DNA of 64,000 nt from Candidatus Rariloculaceae bacterium (GTDB lineage: Bacteria; Pseudomonadota; Gammaproteobacteria; Steroidobacterales; Rariloculaceae), in the NCBI GenBank assembly GCA_965262365.1, contig OZ253541.1, forward strand, positions 5,417,648 through 5,481,647, in the 5' to 3' direction. The position numbers and the translations under genes are program-made. This document shows positions 62,269-64,000 of the stretch, in pieces. Under the pieces are notes generated by a model, which saw only the letters and a program-made list of their open reading frames with translations, was not told where the DNA came from and ran no database searches. Numbering within the stretch: position 1 is the stretch's first letter; each line of letters opens with the position of its first letter.

Positions 62269-63234
62269 ATGAACCGAACGCATCTGATGGCCGGCATGGG
62301 TGTTGCGATGTTGGGTCTGGTCGCGCCGATGGCTGACGCGCAGACCGACTTTCCAGAACGCCCCATCGACATTGTCACGCATGCCTCCCCGGGCGGCGGC
62401 ACCGACGCGACCGCGCGCGCGGTGGCCCGCGGCATGCGCACCGCCCTGGATGCCGACTTGAGCGTGTTGCCCCGCACGGGCGGCGGCGGCGTTGTCGCCA
62501 TGAGTTACGTCAACAGCCGGCCGCGAGACGGGCATACGCTGTTGGCCATCACCCCGACGCACCTGTTCGCCATGGCGCGTGGGCAGGGTCCGCTGACCAT
62601 CGATGACGTCGTGGGTGTGGCCAGGGCCGCCGATGATCCCATCGTGGTCATGGTCCGGGGCGACAGCGACGTCACGTCCCTGGCGGAACTCGTGGAACTG
62701 GGCCGGGAGCGGCCCATCAAGTGGGGTACGACGCAGATCGGCGGTGTCGATCACATCGCCGGCGCAACCCTGGCCGAGCGCACCGGTACGCAAGTGAGCG
62801 TCGTGCCGTTTGCGGGCGGTGGGGAAATCGTGACCAACCTGATGGGCGGCAGCATCGATGCGGCTGGACTCAATCTCACCGAGGCGCTGGACCAGATTCA
62901 ACGGGGCGATTTTCGCGCGCTGGCCGTCATGTCCGAGGAGCGCGTGCGGAGGATCGAGGATGTGCCGACCACCGTTGAACTGGGCTACGACGTGGTTTTT
63001 TCCACGGTTCGAGGCTATCTGGTTCTGAGCGGTACACCCGAAGACCGGATTCAGATTCTGGAACAGGCAATGCTGGAGGGCATGCGACAGCCAGCCTACC
63101 TCGACTACCTGGAAGGGTCAGGCCTGGAACCCGCAAGCGTCGCCGGGCGGGAGGAATGGGATAGTCAGGTCCTCAGGCTATACACAGACGCTCGAAACGC
63201 GATGATAGGCTTGGGAATCATCCAGGCAGAATGA
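62269..63234 (+). CDS. tctC: Tripartite tricarboxylate transporter substrate-binding protein (TctC/Bug)
   Basis: Signal peptide; FPERPIDIV, PGGGTD, GGGGVVA, PFAGGGE. Confidence 0.85.
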   Translation: MNRTHLMAGMGVAMLGLVAPMADAQTDFPERPIDIVTHASPGGGTDATARAVARGMRTALDADLSVLPRTGGGGVVAMSYVNSRPRDGHTLLAITPTHLFAMARGQGPLTIDDVVGVARAADDPIVVMVRGDSDVTSLAELVELGRERPIKWGTTQIGGVDHIAGATLAERTGTQVSVVPFAGGGEIVTNLMGGSIDAAGLNLTEALDQIQRGDFRALAVMSEERVRRIEDVPTTVELGYDVVFSTVRGYLVLSGTPEDRIQILEQAMLEGMRQPAYLDYLEGSGLEPASVAGREEWDSQVLRLYTDARNAMIGLGIIQAE

Positions 63235-63761
63235 ACCGGCTGTCTCACCTGCTCAGGAACCGGGATGCACTGGCCGGACTCAGCGTCTTGGCGGTCTGCG
63301 CCGTGGCGTGGTGGTTGACAACGGGCTTCGACGAAGTACCCGCCATGTTGTCCCAAAATATTCCGCCGACGTTTTTTCCAAGGCTGATCATTGGCATTGC
63401 AGCATTGCTCGGCGTGCTGTTGATCGCCGGCGGTCTGCGCCGCGGCGCCGGGGAACCGGGCAGTCGCGCGACGGCAGGCGATTCGTCGACACCGGCTGAA
63501 CAGGTTCCCCGCGCTGCGTTGCCGTCGCCCGTGTTCTGGGCGACGGGAGGCGTGATCGCCGCTGCGGGCGTGCTGGTACCGCTGGTCGGGACGCTGCCCA
63601 CCCTGGGCCTGGTCGCCATCGTACTGCCCCTGTTGTGGGGCGAACGGCGCTACCGCCACGTCGCCGCGCTGGCGTTGGGACTGCCGGGCGGAATCTACGC
63701 GGTATTCACCATGGGCCTGGGCGTGCGCTTCCCCATCGGCCAGATCTGGAACCTGTTGTAG
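63231..63761 (+). CDS. tctB: Tripartite tricarboxylate transporter small subunit
   Basis: Four hydrophobic segments; PTFFPRL; between tctC and tctA. Confidence 0.8.
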   Translation: MNRLSHLLRNRDALAGLSVLAVCAVAWWLTTGFDEVPAMLSQNIPPTFFPRLIIGIAALLGVLLIAGGLRRGAGEPGSRATAGDSSTPAEQVPRAALPSPVFWATGGVIAAAGVLVPLVGTLPTLGLVAIVLPLLWGERRYRHVAALALGLPGGIYAVFTMGLGVRFPIGQIWNLL

Positions 63762-63768
63762 CCAAATA

Positions 63769-64000
63769 ATGGATCCGTCCGGACTCGGCATCGCATTTTC
63801 ACTTCTCACGGACCCGATGGTGCTCGGCCTGATCGTCGCGGGAACTATCGCCGGAGTCATCATCGGCGCGCTGCCCGGCCTGTCATCGTCCATGGGTGTG
63901 GCGCTGCTGCTGCCGTTCTCGCTGTACCTGGAGCCCGTGCCTGCGGTGGCGCTGCTATCGGCGTTGTACTGCGCCGGGACATTCGGCGGTTCCATCACGG
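63769..64000 (+). CDS. tctA: Tripartite tricarboxylate transporter large subunit (runs off the window)
   Basis: GVIIGALPGLSSSMGVALLLPFS...LYCAGTFGGSIT. Confidence 0.85.
   Translation, partial: MDPSGLGIAFSLLTDPMVLGLIVAGTIAGVIIGALPGLSSSMGVALLLPFSLYLEPVPAVALLSALYCAGTFGGSIT

Overview
High-GC gammaproteobacterial chromosome segment. A host-associated (e.g. sponge) lifestyle is only an inference from the modular surface protein and the IS load. The first ~15.5 kb and the 58.9-61.9 kb stretch are nests of mobile DNA. They contain an IS66-type element with a coupled DUF4338 (DruA-like) gene, its inverted deleted sibling, tyrosine-recombinase and IS91-like relics, a 1.27-kaa secreted modular metallopeptidase, a 3.5-kb TGT...ACA transposon (DDE + AAA ATPase + 2 ORFs, 5-bp TSD) that clips an aldo/keto reductase, and an ISNCY-type element. 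The best-supported unusual signal is two apparently identical 814-nt ORF-less group II introns (10856-11669, 59081-59894). One splits the last base off the IS66 terminal repeat; the other sits antisense inside the ISNCY transposase. Removing either restores its target exactly, and the intron's EBS1 loop pairs with both sites. The middle is mostly core genes: pobA/ligABC, tRNA-Arg + vapBC, lipB-dac-rlpA-mltB-rodA-mrdA-mreDCB, gatCAB, sahR-like-metF-metH, prmC-prfA, TPR-lolB-tRNA-Gln-prs-rplY-pth-ychF, an M20 peptidase and a tct transporter. hemA and ispE are missing from their usual positions.
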